DNA of 63,693 nucleotides, filler included, from Licmophora abbreviata (taxonomy: Eukaryota): assembly GCA_900291995.1 (NCBI GenBank). It is 16 parts of 16 records of this genome, joined end to end, with 100 filler letters (N's around TTAATTAATTAA, not from the genome) between each part and the next. Parts side by side here need not be neighbours in the genome. Positions count along the whole stretch, not along the records: positions 40,961 to 47,103 come from OLMU01000382.1; positions 47,204 to 49,122 come from OLMU01000384.1; positions 49,223 to 53,248 come from OLMU01000385.1; positions 53,349 to 56,905 come from OLMU01000389.1; positions 57,006 to 60,844 come from OLMU01000391.1; 11 more parts are not named here. One strand, written 5' to 3'. A model generated the notes under the pieces. The model worked only from the letters and a program-made list of their open reading frames with translations. It made no database searches and had not been told where the DNA came from. How positions within the stretch are numbered: position 1 is the stretch's first letter; each line of letters begins with the position of its first letter. Positions 46,601 to 57,645 of the stretch are shown in pieces. The position numbers and the translations under genes were made by a program.

Positions 46601-47103
46601 ATTTCGTTGACTCGACCCAATGATGCACGTTTTGCGAAAAGCCTGCTCCAACGAACCACTCTATGGAATCATGCTCCAGGAAAAACGAAGTGGACTCACG
46701 TTTCGACACCTTGCCAAGTGGGTTTGGACTGCGGAATATGGGCGATTCTCAACAGCTACTTCTTACTCGGCTGGATAGCTCGTGATCCGCTAACCCTGCT
46801 TGACCCGGCGTCTCGACTCGATTTTATTCCCGATGGTACCAACACGCCTGAAACTATTGGACTACGAGCTCGACGCGTCATTCGAAATGCACTTGCATGC
46901 GCGCCACAAACGACTACAGGCCTTGATCCTACGAGCTTCACTTCCTTGCTACGCCTCGACGTCAATGGCAAAGCTGCTACAACAAAACTTGCCAATCGGA
47001 GGCGCCGACAAAGACGACATAAGCCACAGCAAATTAGATAACTTAATGACCGTAAGTAAAAGTGCAATTTGCGCTGGTCGCCCCATACCAAACCCCGAGG
47101 AAG
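43657..47103 (+). mobile_element. Putative 5'-truncated transposable element (non-LTR-like) encoding Cys-rich domains and a C-terminal Ulp1/C48-like protease; frameshifted at ~46621
   Basis: Intronless 959-codon frame whose open reading begins without an ATG after the stop at 43654. Strong A/C strand bias unlike host genes. CPLC..HHHLFC knuckle; GHW (46504), VDS, then CQVGLDCG (46730) in the +1 frame. Confidence 0.6.
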
Positions 47104-47274
47104 NNNNNNNNNNNNNNNNNNNNNNNNNNNNNNNNNNNNNNNNNNNNTTAATTAATTAANNNNNNNNNNNNNNNNNNNNNNNNNNNNNNNNNNNNNNNNN
47201 NNNTTATTCCCGCACGTTGTCAGCCTGCTTCTCTTTGAATTCAATTTCATATCTGATTGTTAAACGGAGTCGAG

Positions 47275-48080
47275 ATGCTTCCTTTGAGTCGAAATATCTT
47301 ACAGGCCCGCCGCTGTTTGCCCACGCACGCTGACTACCGTCGCTGCAAACTAACATTGCAGCTCGACCGCATTTCTGCCATCGCCTTGACGAGAGCAAGG
47401 GTTTCTACCGACACACTATGCCCACTCCTACTTCATTCTCCCTCATCGAGCGCAAGATACTTTTCTAGTTGGACTCGTGGTACCGACTTGTTGGCTGATT
47501 CTCTCAGTGTTGGTCCGCGTCCCAAGGTCGTCTTGGACGCTTACGCACCTTCCGGCTTTGACGTGTCGGGTATGATTACAAAGATAGAGGAGCACGAAGA
47601 GGCGGAATCAGGAGCTGTTCACATGAACTCCTCGATAGTTGTATTTCCGCATTCTTGCTTCTTGTGGAAGGTTACCAAGGTATCCGATATCACGTTCGAG
47701 TCGTTGTCACCCGTACTGTTGCATCGACCCAAGCTGGAGTATCTGTTTCTAGGGACCCCAGCGCCTATTCCACTTGAACAAATGGAACGAATCAAAGTAC
47801 AATTCAGAGAGAAAGGAGGGATTATCGTAGAGGGACTCAATCTGGTATGTGAACGAGCCACGTGTAGTGGTTTGTATCTAAAAATGGATGAGCATATCAT
47901 TGTACTCATGTACATGCCGGCACTGACTCGACCTGACCTGTTGTTGAATGCCCCCTTCTTCGCCCTATTCATTCGATTCGAAAGTCGAATGCTATGGGGA
48001 CCTTTAATATACTGAATGGAGAGGATCGACCTGTTGCAGCGGCCCTTCTGTTGGAAGAAGAATCGCCAAATAATCTGTAA
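47275..48080 (+). CDS. NDUFAF3: NDUFAF3/Mth938-domain complex I assembly factor, 2 exons
   Basis: LDAYAPSGF, SIVVFPHSCFLWKV and PKLEYLFLGT. After intron 47845-47984: AMGTFNILNGEDRPVAAALL. Confidence 0.88.
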
Positions 48081-48111
48081 GAAGACGTCAGGATGCCAGT
48101 ATCATAAGACC

Positions 48112-49122
48112 TCACTGACAGCCCGGATCCAGTTCATGAAGCATCGAAGCGACCTCGCTCGGTTCTGTCGAAATTGCTCGCGTCGATTGACAGATTCCAG
48201 TCAGTCCACCACTTGGCTTCCAGGATCCTTTGGGTGTGAGCCACTGGACAAGAGTGCTTGCGTCGACCGATGGGATACTGTGGCGCTGCACCAGCTTCTT
48301 GACCCATCCGTGTCCCGGCATTCGATACCGGTACTGATACAGGCCATCTTTTGTCCGTGTTGAACAAAGGACCCGTGTCGTTCCTTTCCAGAGTCCAAAT
48401 TCTCGGAGTCTGCGGTCGAGTGCGAACGGCGACAGCGGTGGTGATTGTTCCGCAACGACCACGAGCCTGCCAGGGCCTCGCTGAACATGTTCAGATGACA
48501 AGATCTCCCAATCTTGAAGTGCACTTTCGAATACACCCTTCCAGCGACTCTGATACGATGCTCCTCCTGTGGCTTCAAGATCCTTCAGCACGTCTGGCAG
48601 CTCATTGAGCACGTTTCGGTACGCCTCTTCTTCACTACTTTCCAAGAACGACTCGACTATACAATCTAACTTAACCCCATTGTCACTACTCCACTCACCA
48701 AAATCACCTGCTGCAGCACCCTGTGAGAGGAGATCCCGATACGCGAGGGCCTTCTGAGGCTCGAGGCATGACCAGACACTCAGGACCCCGTCAGTATCAT
48801 AGTGGTTGTTGAGAATCAGTGCCTCGTCGAACTTCGAATCATAGGAAGGATCTGCCGTTTCGGCAAGATTTATGGCCATTTCGGTCGATGTATCAGCGTA
48901 CAAGTTGTCGGGGGTTTGATTGTTTCTCCAGTGAGTGAGCTCCAGTGTGACACCGCCTTCGATGCGGCCGTCGCAAGAAATGGTGGGTCTTGCAGTGTCT
49001 TTGTCGTTTGAAGTAGAAAACGATTGACCATAGGGAACAAAGCGAAACTCACGAGTCATTCGTGGCTGTGTATTCGAAGTAGACAGGGAAACGAGGGAAA
49101 GGATAAACGAAGGGAGCGCCAT
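48112..49122 (-). CDS. DHH-like hypothetical protein (DUF6687-like), bacterial-type
   Basis: SCDG..LELTHW..TP..LYADTSTE, NNHYDTDGVLSVW and AAAGDFGEW. Intronless. Confidence 0.6.
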   Translation of the reverse strand: MALPSFILSLVSLSTSNTQPRMTREFRFVPYGQSFSTSNDKDTARPTISCDGRIEGGVTLELTHWRNNQTPDNLYADTSTEMAINLAETADPSYDSKFDEALILNNHYDTDGVLSVWSCLEPQKALAYRDLLSQGAAAGDFGEWSSDNGVKLDCIVESFLESSEEEAYRNVLNELPDVLKDLEATGGASYQSRWKGVFESALQDWEILSSEHVQRGPGRLVVVAEQSPPLSPFALDRRLREFGLWKGTTRVLCSTRTKDGLYQYRYRMPGHGWVKKLVQRHSIPSVDASTLVQWLTPKGSWKPSGGLTGICQSTRAISTEPSEVASMLHELDPGCQ

Positions 49123-49409
49123 NNNNNNNNNNNNNNNNNNNNNNNNNNNNNNNNNNNNNNNNNNNNTTAATTAATTAANNNNNNNNNNNNNNNNNNNNNN
49201 NNNNNNNNNNNNNNNNNNNNNNACATTTTCTTCGCATAAAATCATAAAATCAGTTTGAACACTCTCACACCTCACACTCTCGTCGCGTCGCGCTCCATGA
49301 TGCGAACAGAGCGGACTAATTTGAGACAGGAGAGCTGGGGCTGACATGACGGTTCAATAGGCTGTAGCGAAACTTCCATTCGAAATTCTTTCTTGCAGCT
49401 TCGAAAATA

Positions 49410-50762
49410 ATGTGGCACCCCCTTAAACTTTCGTTGCTGTCACTTGTCTTCTGTGCGTTGATCGTGTGGGTGCCAACCACGTTGTACACCGCGATCCGGC
49501 TCGAGTACGTGCAAAGTGCCGGTACGAAGCTCCCCGTCACGAAGCTACCTTCTAATTCCACCGATCCTATTTCCATAACATCACCCTGGAGTGATTCCCA
49601 TGACACTACCGCTTCGCCCCGACGATTTCCCATGTACGGGACGACCGACTTCAACGAGCTGTGTGCCTGGTCTCTCCCTGGAGACACCCCCAACAACAAT
49701 TGCACGCTTCTAGTTTCACCTAGCTCGACCTCTACTGAGGGATTGGCAGACTGGATCTCACTCGTTACACTAGGATTTTTCGCTGCGAAGCAGACAGGTT
49801 GTCGGCTCCTTCTCGACTACGGTCCCGGGATTGAAATGTCCCAGATTCTCGTGCCGAGGCATCCCGAAGATCGGCTCTATAACTGGACTGTTCCAGCTGG
49901 TTTCGAATGCAGTATTGAGAACCGATGTGATCGAGTCGTACATGGATATCGATACGATCATTTCATACAGAGCAAACCCATTTCGCAGCTGATGCCTCGC
50001 GGAACCGAGCTCGTTGGTGTCCCGCATTATCGGACAGGATTTCTCAAGCCCATTGAGAGTGTAGCAAGCATGCAGAAGCTCTGGCCCGATTTCACGTTGG
50101 AGACTGGCATGGCCTGTGCACTTGAGAATTTGCTGCAGCTATCGCCAAAGGCTTCCGAGCTGGAGCCTCAACTCCTCACGCAGATTATTCCGACCTTGCG
50201 GGACCCTCAGAGTCTTGTATTCACAGTTTACATTCGGACTGGAGCAACAGATGAAAGAAGTTCTTCGAATCCGTCACGAGTGGTAGCTACGAAGCATACC
50301 ATGATCGAACATCACATCGACTGCGCTCTCAGACTGGAAATGGAGTATCTCGCAGTAAATGACCACAATCGAACGCCTTCGTCCTTCTCACGCATAGTCT
50401 GGATGCTGGTAACTGATTCGCCAGAGCTCAAACTTCAAGTTTTTGAACGTTACAACAAACAGGACACGAACGCTCGGGTTCCTCTCGAACGACGAAGATG
50501 GAAGGACAAGGTCGTTCCTCGTGAAATAGTGGTTACGCAGGCTCGTGGCAAACACACCAAAACGAAGTGGGGCCCCTCCACGGCGGATTTTGCCGCTGCC
50601 TTGTTGGACTGGTACTTGATTGGAGAGTCCGACCTGGTCGTTTTGTTCTATGGATACTCGTTTGGTGCAACAGGTGCACTTCGCACGGCCCGGCGAGTGT
50701 ATGAACACGGCACTTGTTCCGAGATCCTTCTCAAGCAACAAAATGAAACGAAACTAATCTAG
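49410..50762 (+). CDS. Fucosyltransferase-like (GT23/NodZ-type motifs) type II membrane protein
   Basis: N-terminal TM; EGLADWI, VYIRTG, MLVTDS, ALLDWYLIGESD..YSFG. Confidence 0.65.
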   Translation: MWHPLKLSLLSLVFCALIVWVPTTLYTAIRLEYVQSAGTKLPVTKLPSNSTDPISITSPWSDSHDTTASPRRFPMYGTTDFNELCAWSLPGDTPNNNCTLLVSPSSTSTEGLADWISLVTLGFFAAKQTGCRLLLDYGPGIEMSQILVPRHPEDRLYNWTVPAGFECSIENRCDRVVHGYRYDHFIQSKPISQLMPRGTELVGVPHYRTGFLKPIESVASMQKLWPDFTLETGMACALENLLQLSPKASELEPQLLTQIIPTLRDPQSLVFTVYIRTGATDERSSSNPSRVVATKHTMIEHHIDCALRLEMEYLAVNDHNRTPSSFSRIVWMLVTDSPELKLQVFERYNKQDTNARVPLERRRWKDKVVPREIVVTQARGKHTKTKWGPSTADFAAALLDWYLIGESDLVVLFYGYSFGATGALRTARRVYEHGTCSEILLKQQNETKLI

Positions 50763-50880
50763 CGGACTGCTACTAAACTTCTTATTGGTGTGGCTTCATC
50801 CCGACTCGTTCCTCCTCGATCTTGCCTCCCCATTCAATTTACACCAAGACCACAATGCTCGCGCTCTGTCACCTCGCGCC

Positions 50881-51105
50881 TTATTTCGGAGGGTTCGCCT
50901 GGTAGTACTCTTCAATCTTACGAACTCCAGGGTTTCCAATAAACACATTGTACGCCATTCCAGTCGCAATTGCAACAGCCAATCCCTGAGCGGCGCATAT
51001 GACCAGACCCTGCAAGGGTGGACGGGCACCCAAGCCTGTTGGTCGGCGGGCCAACGGACCGGGGCCGTAAAACATTGGACTGCGATTCACAATGCGTTCT
51101 GGCAT
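50881..51105 (-). CDS. 74-aa single-TM protein, possible small mitochondrial complex IV subunit (COX6C/Cox9-like)
   Basis: MPERIVNR..GLAVAIATGMAYNVFIGNPGVRKIEEYY. A polypyrimidine-CAG acceptor just upstream suggests a 5'UTR intron. Confidence 0.5.
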   Translation of the reverse strand: MPERIVNRSPMFYGPGPLARRPTGLGARPPLQGLVICAAQGLAVAIATGMAYNVFIGNPGVRKIEEYYQANPPK

Positions 51106-51740
51106 GATGAAAGAGTGTCCTGAGGCAAACAAAATGAAAACAGGGTGGGGAGATGAGACTAATCTGCGACAACGCCCAAGTGCATGTTCAATGTGAGTCT
51201 CCATCGTCATCCGACTCGACTCGTTCGACTAATAAGTAACTCCAACTTCTTGCGTACGATCCACGCTGGACCAGTACTGTGCTCCGTCGTAGTGATCAGT
51301 CGCAGTTTTAGAAGTGCCTTGCACACATGCTCTCAGCTTCTTCCTCTTCAATGGATCTTAAAATTACTGCACCCTATGAATACGATTCAATGTCTCCGAA
51401 AGCTCCTGCCATGGTAATGCTGTCTCACCTGCGTCGCTGTCTTGCAGTTGTGTGATGAGAGCGACGGACGCGCGAACGTGCACACAGTACGAGCTCTACG
51501 AACCCATTCACTGATTGTGTACTTACAATTCGAGCTCCAGATGGCAGTAAAGGCTTCAACAATCCGAACTGTTGAGGGGTTCGTGATGGCCGAACTCAGA
51601 AATAGATGACGATAGTCTCTAGGACGTGCTGAGTTGACAGTTTACGGCTCGAAATGTATAACAGTAGCTTTCTCTAGACTAGATGAAATCCAATGATTTA
51701 TTAGTTCCTTACGTTAACATCCATCTTAGCTCTTCATTTA

Positions 51741-53248
51741 CTAGGAGAGGTGATCGGTCAGTGCCCCTCCCCTTCGCATACCAATAACTGGCGATTGCCG
51801 GGTTAGTTGCTCGTCTTCCGGGGCAGCCGTGCCCTCCGGTTGAACGGTTCGTCCAATCGCCGTATACAACTCATCATCGTTCAAACCTAGGCATTCAAGC
51901 GTCAGCTGTAAGTCCTTGGGTGTGATTGATTCCACAACGGCATTGAAATCTGTCACTGTCAGAGGCCCCTTCAGTGGGACTGACTCCTGCTGCATGCCGG
52001 ACATGAGCTGTGTCCAGTACTGTGACGTACGCAGTTCTCCTTCGTGGCGGTTCAGTAAAACACGCTTAGCGGACTCCACATTGTCGGACGAAATCGGGCT
52101 GACAGTACGCAGATTCTCCAGGGTCTCCTTGCAGGCGTCCAGGGCCAGCTGCGCCTTTTCCTTCGACGCCGTGACAGTTACCAGAAACCATCCACCCAAC
52201 AGTCGATCAAAGCCGGTGAATGAAAAGTTAGCATCGTACGTAAGTTGTTTGCGTTCTCGTACTGTACTGAATAGACGACGGTTGGCGATTTCAGAAAGTA
52301 GCGAAAGTGCGACGTTGGCAAACAAAGGATGCCCCCTACGGCGTTTGTCGTAGTCGCTAGCCCGCTTGTCGGCTTGCAAGACGCGCTCCGACACGGTCGT
52401 GCCGTCGGCCAGGTAGCCCCACGTGTTAGGGGCAGAGCCAGCAACATAGGAAACTGCACGTGGGTCTGAATCTGGAAGTTCCAGTTCGATGTGCTTGCCA
52501 GGAATTGCGAGCGCGGGGACTGATGCGCCGGCCTTCAAGGCTTCAGCTTCTTTCTTGAGCTCACTGTTGGCGTCAGCCGGAATCGTCCCAACGTATTTGT
52601 AGAGCATTTCCAAAACTTCGGAGGGATCGAAGTCACCTGCGACGGAGATCTCGAGTTCCGATGGAAGCATCTGTGACATAACGGCCAATTGAGCTTCCTT
52701 GAGTGTAATGGACTCGACTGCCTCCACGTCTATGGAAAGAAACCTATACATACGAGGGGCATATAGCGAGTGAGATACGAGAGGCCATCGCAGACGCCGT
52801 TACCTGCAGTTTGAGAACCATTGAGACATACCTGTCGTCGTCGCCGGTCATGCTTTCCATGATTCGTTCGGTTGTCAGTCCCTCTAAGTTCTTCTGCAGA
52901 CCCTCGTGGGAGCTGCGGAAGCTCTGTTTGCTGCGACCCAAGGCGTCTTCTTCCCACTTGAAGCCAACAACGATTTCGCGAACAATCTGCATAACCGCTT
53001 CCGTTCCGGTGATTCCAAGCTGCACGTCGTCACCAAAGCCAACATTTCCGACGTTCGTGGTAGGGAATACAAAGTCCACAGTCAAAGCCTCCTCATTGCA
53101 GTTAATCTCGACCATAAGAAGGTGGTCAACACAGAAGAGTTCGACTTGCTCACGAGTCCACGGTCCGAACGCTCCACCTTCCTGCATTGTACGGGCTCCA
53201 ATTGCCATGCTTCCTTTCTTAAAGCCGAGGCGCTTCTCAGCATCACGA
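51741..53248 (-). CDS. M16 peptidase, C-terminal part of a plastid stromal processing peptidase-like protein; intron 52831..52744
   Basis: REQVELFCVDH, EISVAGDFD, NRRLFSTVRERKQLTYDANF and C-terminal M16 repeat features. 5' end in the gap. Confidence 0.82.
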
Positions 53249-53348
53249 NNNNNNNNNNNNNNNNNNNNNNNNNNNNNNNNNNNNNNNNNNNNTTAATTAA
53301 TTAANNNNNNNNNNNNNNNNNNNNNNNNNNNNNNNNNNNNNNNNNNNN

Positions 53349-54301
53349 AACTTGTCTCGCAAGACTTGAAGCAAGAAGTGTCGCAAAAACAGGCCCCTCA
53401 CTGGATTCTGCACACACTTGACGGCTTCTGTCAAATCTTGCAGCACCCATTTGGGTCCCGCCTGGTTGGTGCGTAAAAGTGCCGAGGCGGCACAAATCTG
53501 CAAGTACAACCGTGGTAAGACCTTGGGGCAGTACTGGACAGCATTGTAGACAAACTGCGAATCGTTGGTGGAGCAAAAGTACTCTTCCAAGTTGGCCATG
53601 TCTTCCAGTGCACGCAGATGAAGTTCATAGTAGTTTTTGGGAGTCAATGGCGACGTCTTGTAGGAATGATGGTGGTTATGGTGTTCTGGCGAGGCGCCGA
53701 GTTCGCCGACCATCAAGGCGGCTCGATCGAGTACGTTGGGGAGGTCATCCTTATCCATGGCAAGTTTCATGTAGTAGGCATGCTCTTGGACTTTGCGCGT
53801 GGCGTCCGTCAGCATGCGCGTTTGATGAGCCTGTGCAGCAGGAGAATCGGAGCCCAATTTCGACGTCGTAGAAGTGGCCGTTGTAGGCGTTGTGGGGGCC
53901 ATGGAAGGAGGGGCAGCCATCGCGGAGACTGCAGGCATGCCACCTGGGATTGCAGCATGGGCCATGGCAGACCGCGCTGCGAACGAACTGACGTCGGAGG
54001 GAGCAGCGACTGAGCCTGGAGAATATGTCTGTTGTGGCTGTGGCGGCTGTGTTGCCTGCTGCTGCGGCTGAGCGTATTGTTGTTGAAATTGCTGCTGCTG
54101 CTGCTGCTGTGCCGAGTGGGGGGCGTGGCATACTGCGTAATGCTTCCCACGCGATGAGGCGACTGTCCTGGTATGGTCTGCGTCTGCGGGCGCGGGGGGA
54201 GGAGGAGACAGGTTGTACATGTCCTCGCTCGGCGGCGGCTGGCTATATCCATATCCTTGTCCGACGGATCCGCCCATGAAAGCCTCCTCTTGACCGGACA
54301 T
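53349..54301 (-). CDS. VPS35: Retromer subunit VPS35, N-terminal part, with Q/P-rich extension
   Basis: LTPKNYYELH, VQYCPKVLPRLYL (PRLYL signature) and VQNPVRGLFLRHFL. 3' end in the gap. Confidence 0.92.
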
Positions 54302-54647
54302 TTTCGCTCTTCCTATTCCTCTGACTCGACCGCTTTGTTCCCAAAATGCTACTTGTGGATATCTAGAAGAGGAAAACCGACTCTGTGGAAACAGAAACAC
54401 CTGCAACGTTCAGTCGTGACGATTCTTTGCCGTCGGGTGCTCGAGCGCCATTTTGACTGTGCTCTGTTCGGTTCGACTTCGGTCTTCGGTCGCGCGCTTG
54501 GTGTGCTCTCGCGCAAAGCGTTTCATTGAGTACTGACAACTACATACGACAGTTCGTACGCAATCTCCATAGTACCTGCTGACGTACCCCGAGTATCCAC
54601 CGATAAACACACTGCGGCGATCGACGGCGCTTGTGATTTCGACGACC

Positions 54648-55793
54648 ATGTTGCGAGCTGCTACATCCTCTGTGGCCCGTCGGGCAGTACAGAGGTCCTT
54701 TCGAGGGTACGTGATGATCGAGGAAAGAGCGTGTTTCAAATGAATCAAAAGAGCACAAGAAACGGAAGACACCTCTCTGCCGTGCGACACAGTACTTTAG
54801 CCACGTAGGCGAAGATTTCGCGGCGCCACACGCGAAATTCAAGTGCAAGCCTCTTGTTGAATGCCTTGATCAGACGATGATCTTGATCGAACGGATAATT
54901 CGATGAATGCTCACCATTGATTCTTTCTCCTTTTACCCTTACACAGAGTTCCCGCATGTGCGGCACCTAGTGTGAACTTTCATGCTTCGGCCCGTCGGGA
55001 AGAAGATGCTGCCAAGCCTGCCGACACACTGGCTGCCCCGAAAGGAGGTCTCTTTGGCACGGGCTTGAGCGAGTGGTTCGCCGTTCCGATTGGTCTCGCT
55101 GCGGCCATTCCTGTAATTAACTACGAGATTTATCTCGTCAATGAAGAAACGCAGCTTGTCGCGGTGTTTATTGCGTTCTGTGTGACTTTCTACACGCAAG
55201 GAGGAGATGCCGTGTACAAGTTGCTCGATGAGCGTGCCAAGGCGATCCTGAAGGACCAGAACGAAGCCGAGGACAAGGTCATTGCAGTTCTGGAGGAGTA
55301 CCTTGAGAGTCTTCAAGCACAGCTCAACATTGTCAGCGACTTTGAAGCAATCCATGCTATTCGTACCAAGACTTACGAGAATCTCAACGCCGCTGGAGCC
55401 ATCAAGCCTCAGCATGACTTGAAAACTCAGGTTGAACGCATGCTTGCCATGATTACTCAGGAAGAGACCAACGTCGCGGAAAAGGCCAAGACAGCACTTA
55501 TGGAAGAAGCCACCTCAACTGTCACGGGAATGTTTACCGATTCGGCAGAGCTCAAGAAGGCTGCGCTGGATGCCGCCATCAACAAGATCAAGGGCAAAGG
55601 AGGCACGGACCCTGTCCAAGCGGCCTTTGTCAAATTCTTTCAGCGCAAGGCTGCCAATGCGAAGAAGGCGGACGATGGCAGCGAAGAAAAGAGGCAACGA
55701 GCAGCCTTGGTCGCCAAGCTCAATTCTGTCTGCAAGAACGAAGAATTCTACTTTCAGTTTGACGCAACGGGCCAGCCGAAAATGATGTCGTAA
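54648..55793 (+). CDS. Mitochondrial ATP synthase peripheral stalk subunit b, 2 exons
   Basis: Presequence MLRAATSSVARRAVQRSFRG, intron 54707-54946, YLVNEETQL between TM segments, then a long helical stalk. Confidence 0.82.
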
Positions 55794-55971
55794 GTTAGTA
55801 TGGTAACAGTAATGCGACAGTGGACAGTCTTTAGTAAGCTAGTACTATAAGGAATTATCGATTCAGACTACCACACTTACTGGACAGCCAGAAGCGGGTA
55901 TACTCTCAGCTTCAACTACCGGTACTGCAAGAAAGTGCGAGCAAGCCTTGACATTTGCACAACACCGTCCC

Positions 55972-56905
55972 CTAACTCAACGCCCCGATAAAAGACGGCT
56001 TGACTGCCAAAGTCTGATCTCCCTCAATCACCTGATCAATCAATCCATAGTCAACCGCTTCATGAGGCTGCAAATACTTGACACGAGAGCAATCCTGCAT
56101 GACTTCCTCGACCGGCTTCCCACACGCGGATGCAATCAGCTCACAAGTCGTTCTGCGGTTGTGCGCAACCTCCTTGGCCTTGATAGCAATATCCGTGGCT
56201 TGTCCTCGTGCCTGAGAACGGGGCTGATTGAGAAGAATAGTGGCGTTCGGCAAAGCATATCGGTGACCGCGCTTTCCCTGGGACAAGAGCATGGCGGCAG
56301 CACCAAAGGCCTGTCCGAGAGCAACCGTGTGGACGGGGGGACGAACGTACTTCATGACATCGGCAATGGCGAATGCTTCCGTTTCGAATCCGACACTCTG
56401 GCCGTCTCCTGTTGTTGTTCCAGAGCTGTTGATGTACATGGTGATGGGGTCTGAGGTGCTTTCATAATTGAGGTAGAGCAATTCGGCAATCACCAACTCT
56501 GTGACGGCCGGAACCAAGGGCATACCAATGTACACAATACGGTTATGGAGAAGCAGGGAGGGAAGATCCGGAGGAGGTCCAATGCGAACGCCTAAAGGAT
56601 GGATAAGAGGGCAGCGTGGAAGCAGGTGAGTCAGTGCGCCGACAGTTTGTGATGTCGTGCTTTTTCTGAGGGCTGATTTCAAGGTGACAAGTGCTTCTTC
56701 CCGTTGACCCTAAAGCATGTGCCACCAGGAGCGGCTTCGTAATCGGAATCTCAGTTTGCCATGGAGTAGGCCGGTTCGTCTAGACGTCGAGTGGTCTTGT
56801 CATTTCTCTCACCTTCGTAGTACTCGTCTCCGTACGCCTTCTCGGCACCTCCCGCGACCATGTTCATCGGAGGTCTCCATAGCACATCATCACCTGCCGA
56901 TTGCG
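55972..56905 (-). CDS. ClpR-like non-catalytic plastid Clp protease subunit; intron 56812..56592; 5' end in the gap
   Basis: PPPDLPSLLLHNRIVYIGMPLVPAVTELVIAELLYL and YINSSG. Catalytic Ser position reads GQAFG and catalytic His position reads LLNQP. Confidence 0.88.
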
Positions 56906-57138
56906 NNNNNNNNNNNNNNNNNNNNNNNNNNNNNNNNNNNNNNNNNNNNTTAATTAATTAANNNNNNNNNNNNNNNNNNNNNNNNNNNNNNNNNNNNNNN
57001 NNNNNTACACGGTAGTTTTAATCTGTCGTGTGGCCGCAGGAAACCTTGCCTCGCTGTTTTACCTTTCATCGGAAGAGTCTCCCCTCTGTTCAACAGGCTA
57101 CCCACCGTGGAAAAACCCCGGCCCAGTTTTATGGATGA

Positions 57139-57592
57139 GTGCATGGCCGCTCGGGCAATCCCCTCCTTTGCCTAGTACAATCTACCATCAGCCCAGTGAA
57201 GTACCTTCGCTCCTTTGGCGCTCTCCCCGATACCTTGATTTCTGTGTACGTCAAAAATGGTCAGTGGCCGCCCTCTCTCCCCAGCCGACAATACTCACCT
57301 GCTCCGCACTGCCGTCCTGGCCCTTGGCCCTGCCAATTTAGGTTTCAATCCCTCGGACAATACCGATGGATGCCTTCAAGCAGCCGGAGCCATGGCCCTT
57401 CTTTGCCCCAAAGTTGACACAGATATCATCCAGCTCTTGGGCAGATGGTGCTCTGACAAAATGCTCTGCTATCTCCACCTCTAAGCCGAGCCCATCATGC
57501 GACATTTCGATCAGGACATGCTGCGCGGGGGTACCTTCACCTTAAACCCCAACGCCGATGTCCCACAAGCACCACCCGCTCTCCAGCCATGA
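57139..57592 (+). pseudogene. Degenerate tyrosine recombinase C-terminus of a DIRS/Ngaro-type element
   Basis: HGRSGNPLLC.. (frameshift) ..CLQAAGAMALLCPKVDTDIIQLLGRWCSDKMLCYLHL*AEPIM matches the YR xLRxGGA..GRWxS..Y catalytic region. Premature TAA at 57482. Confidence 0.85.
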
Positions 57593-57645
57593 CCCATCCA
57601 CCCACCCCAAATGCCCTCTGGCCTATACACCCTGTGGCTGGCGGC

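Noticed and set aside
54707..54946. Long ATP synthase b intron with GTGATGA (box C-like) and an 8-bp hairpin, as a possible snoRNA
   Set aside because: No box D (CTGA) or terminal stem found.
21629..56905. Functional clustering of SUMO-related genes (RBR, Rad60, Ulp1) or plastid proteostasis genes (ClpS, SPP, ClpR)
   Set aside because: They are 3-25 kb apart, separated by unrelated genes and gaps; compatible with chance.
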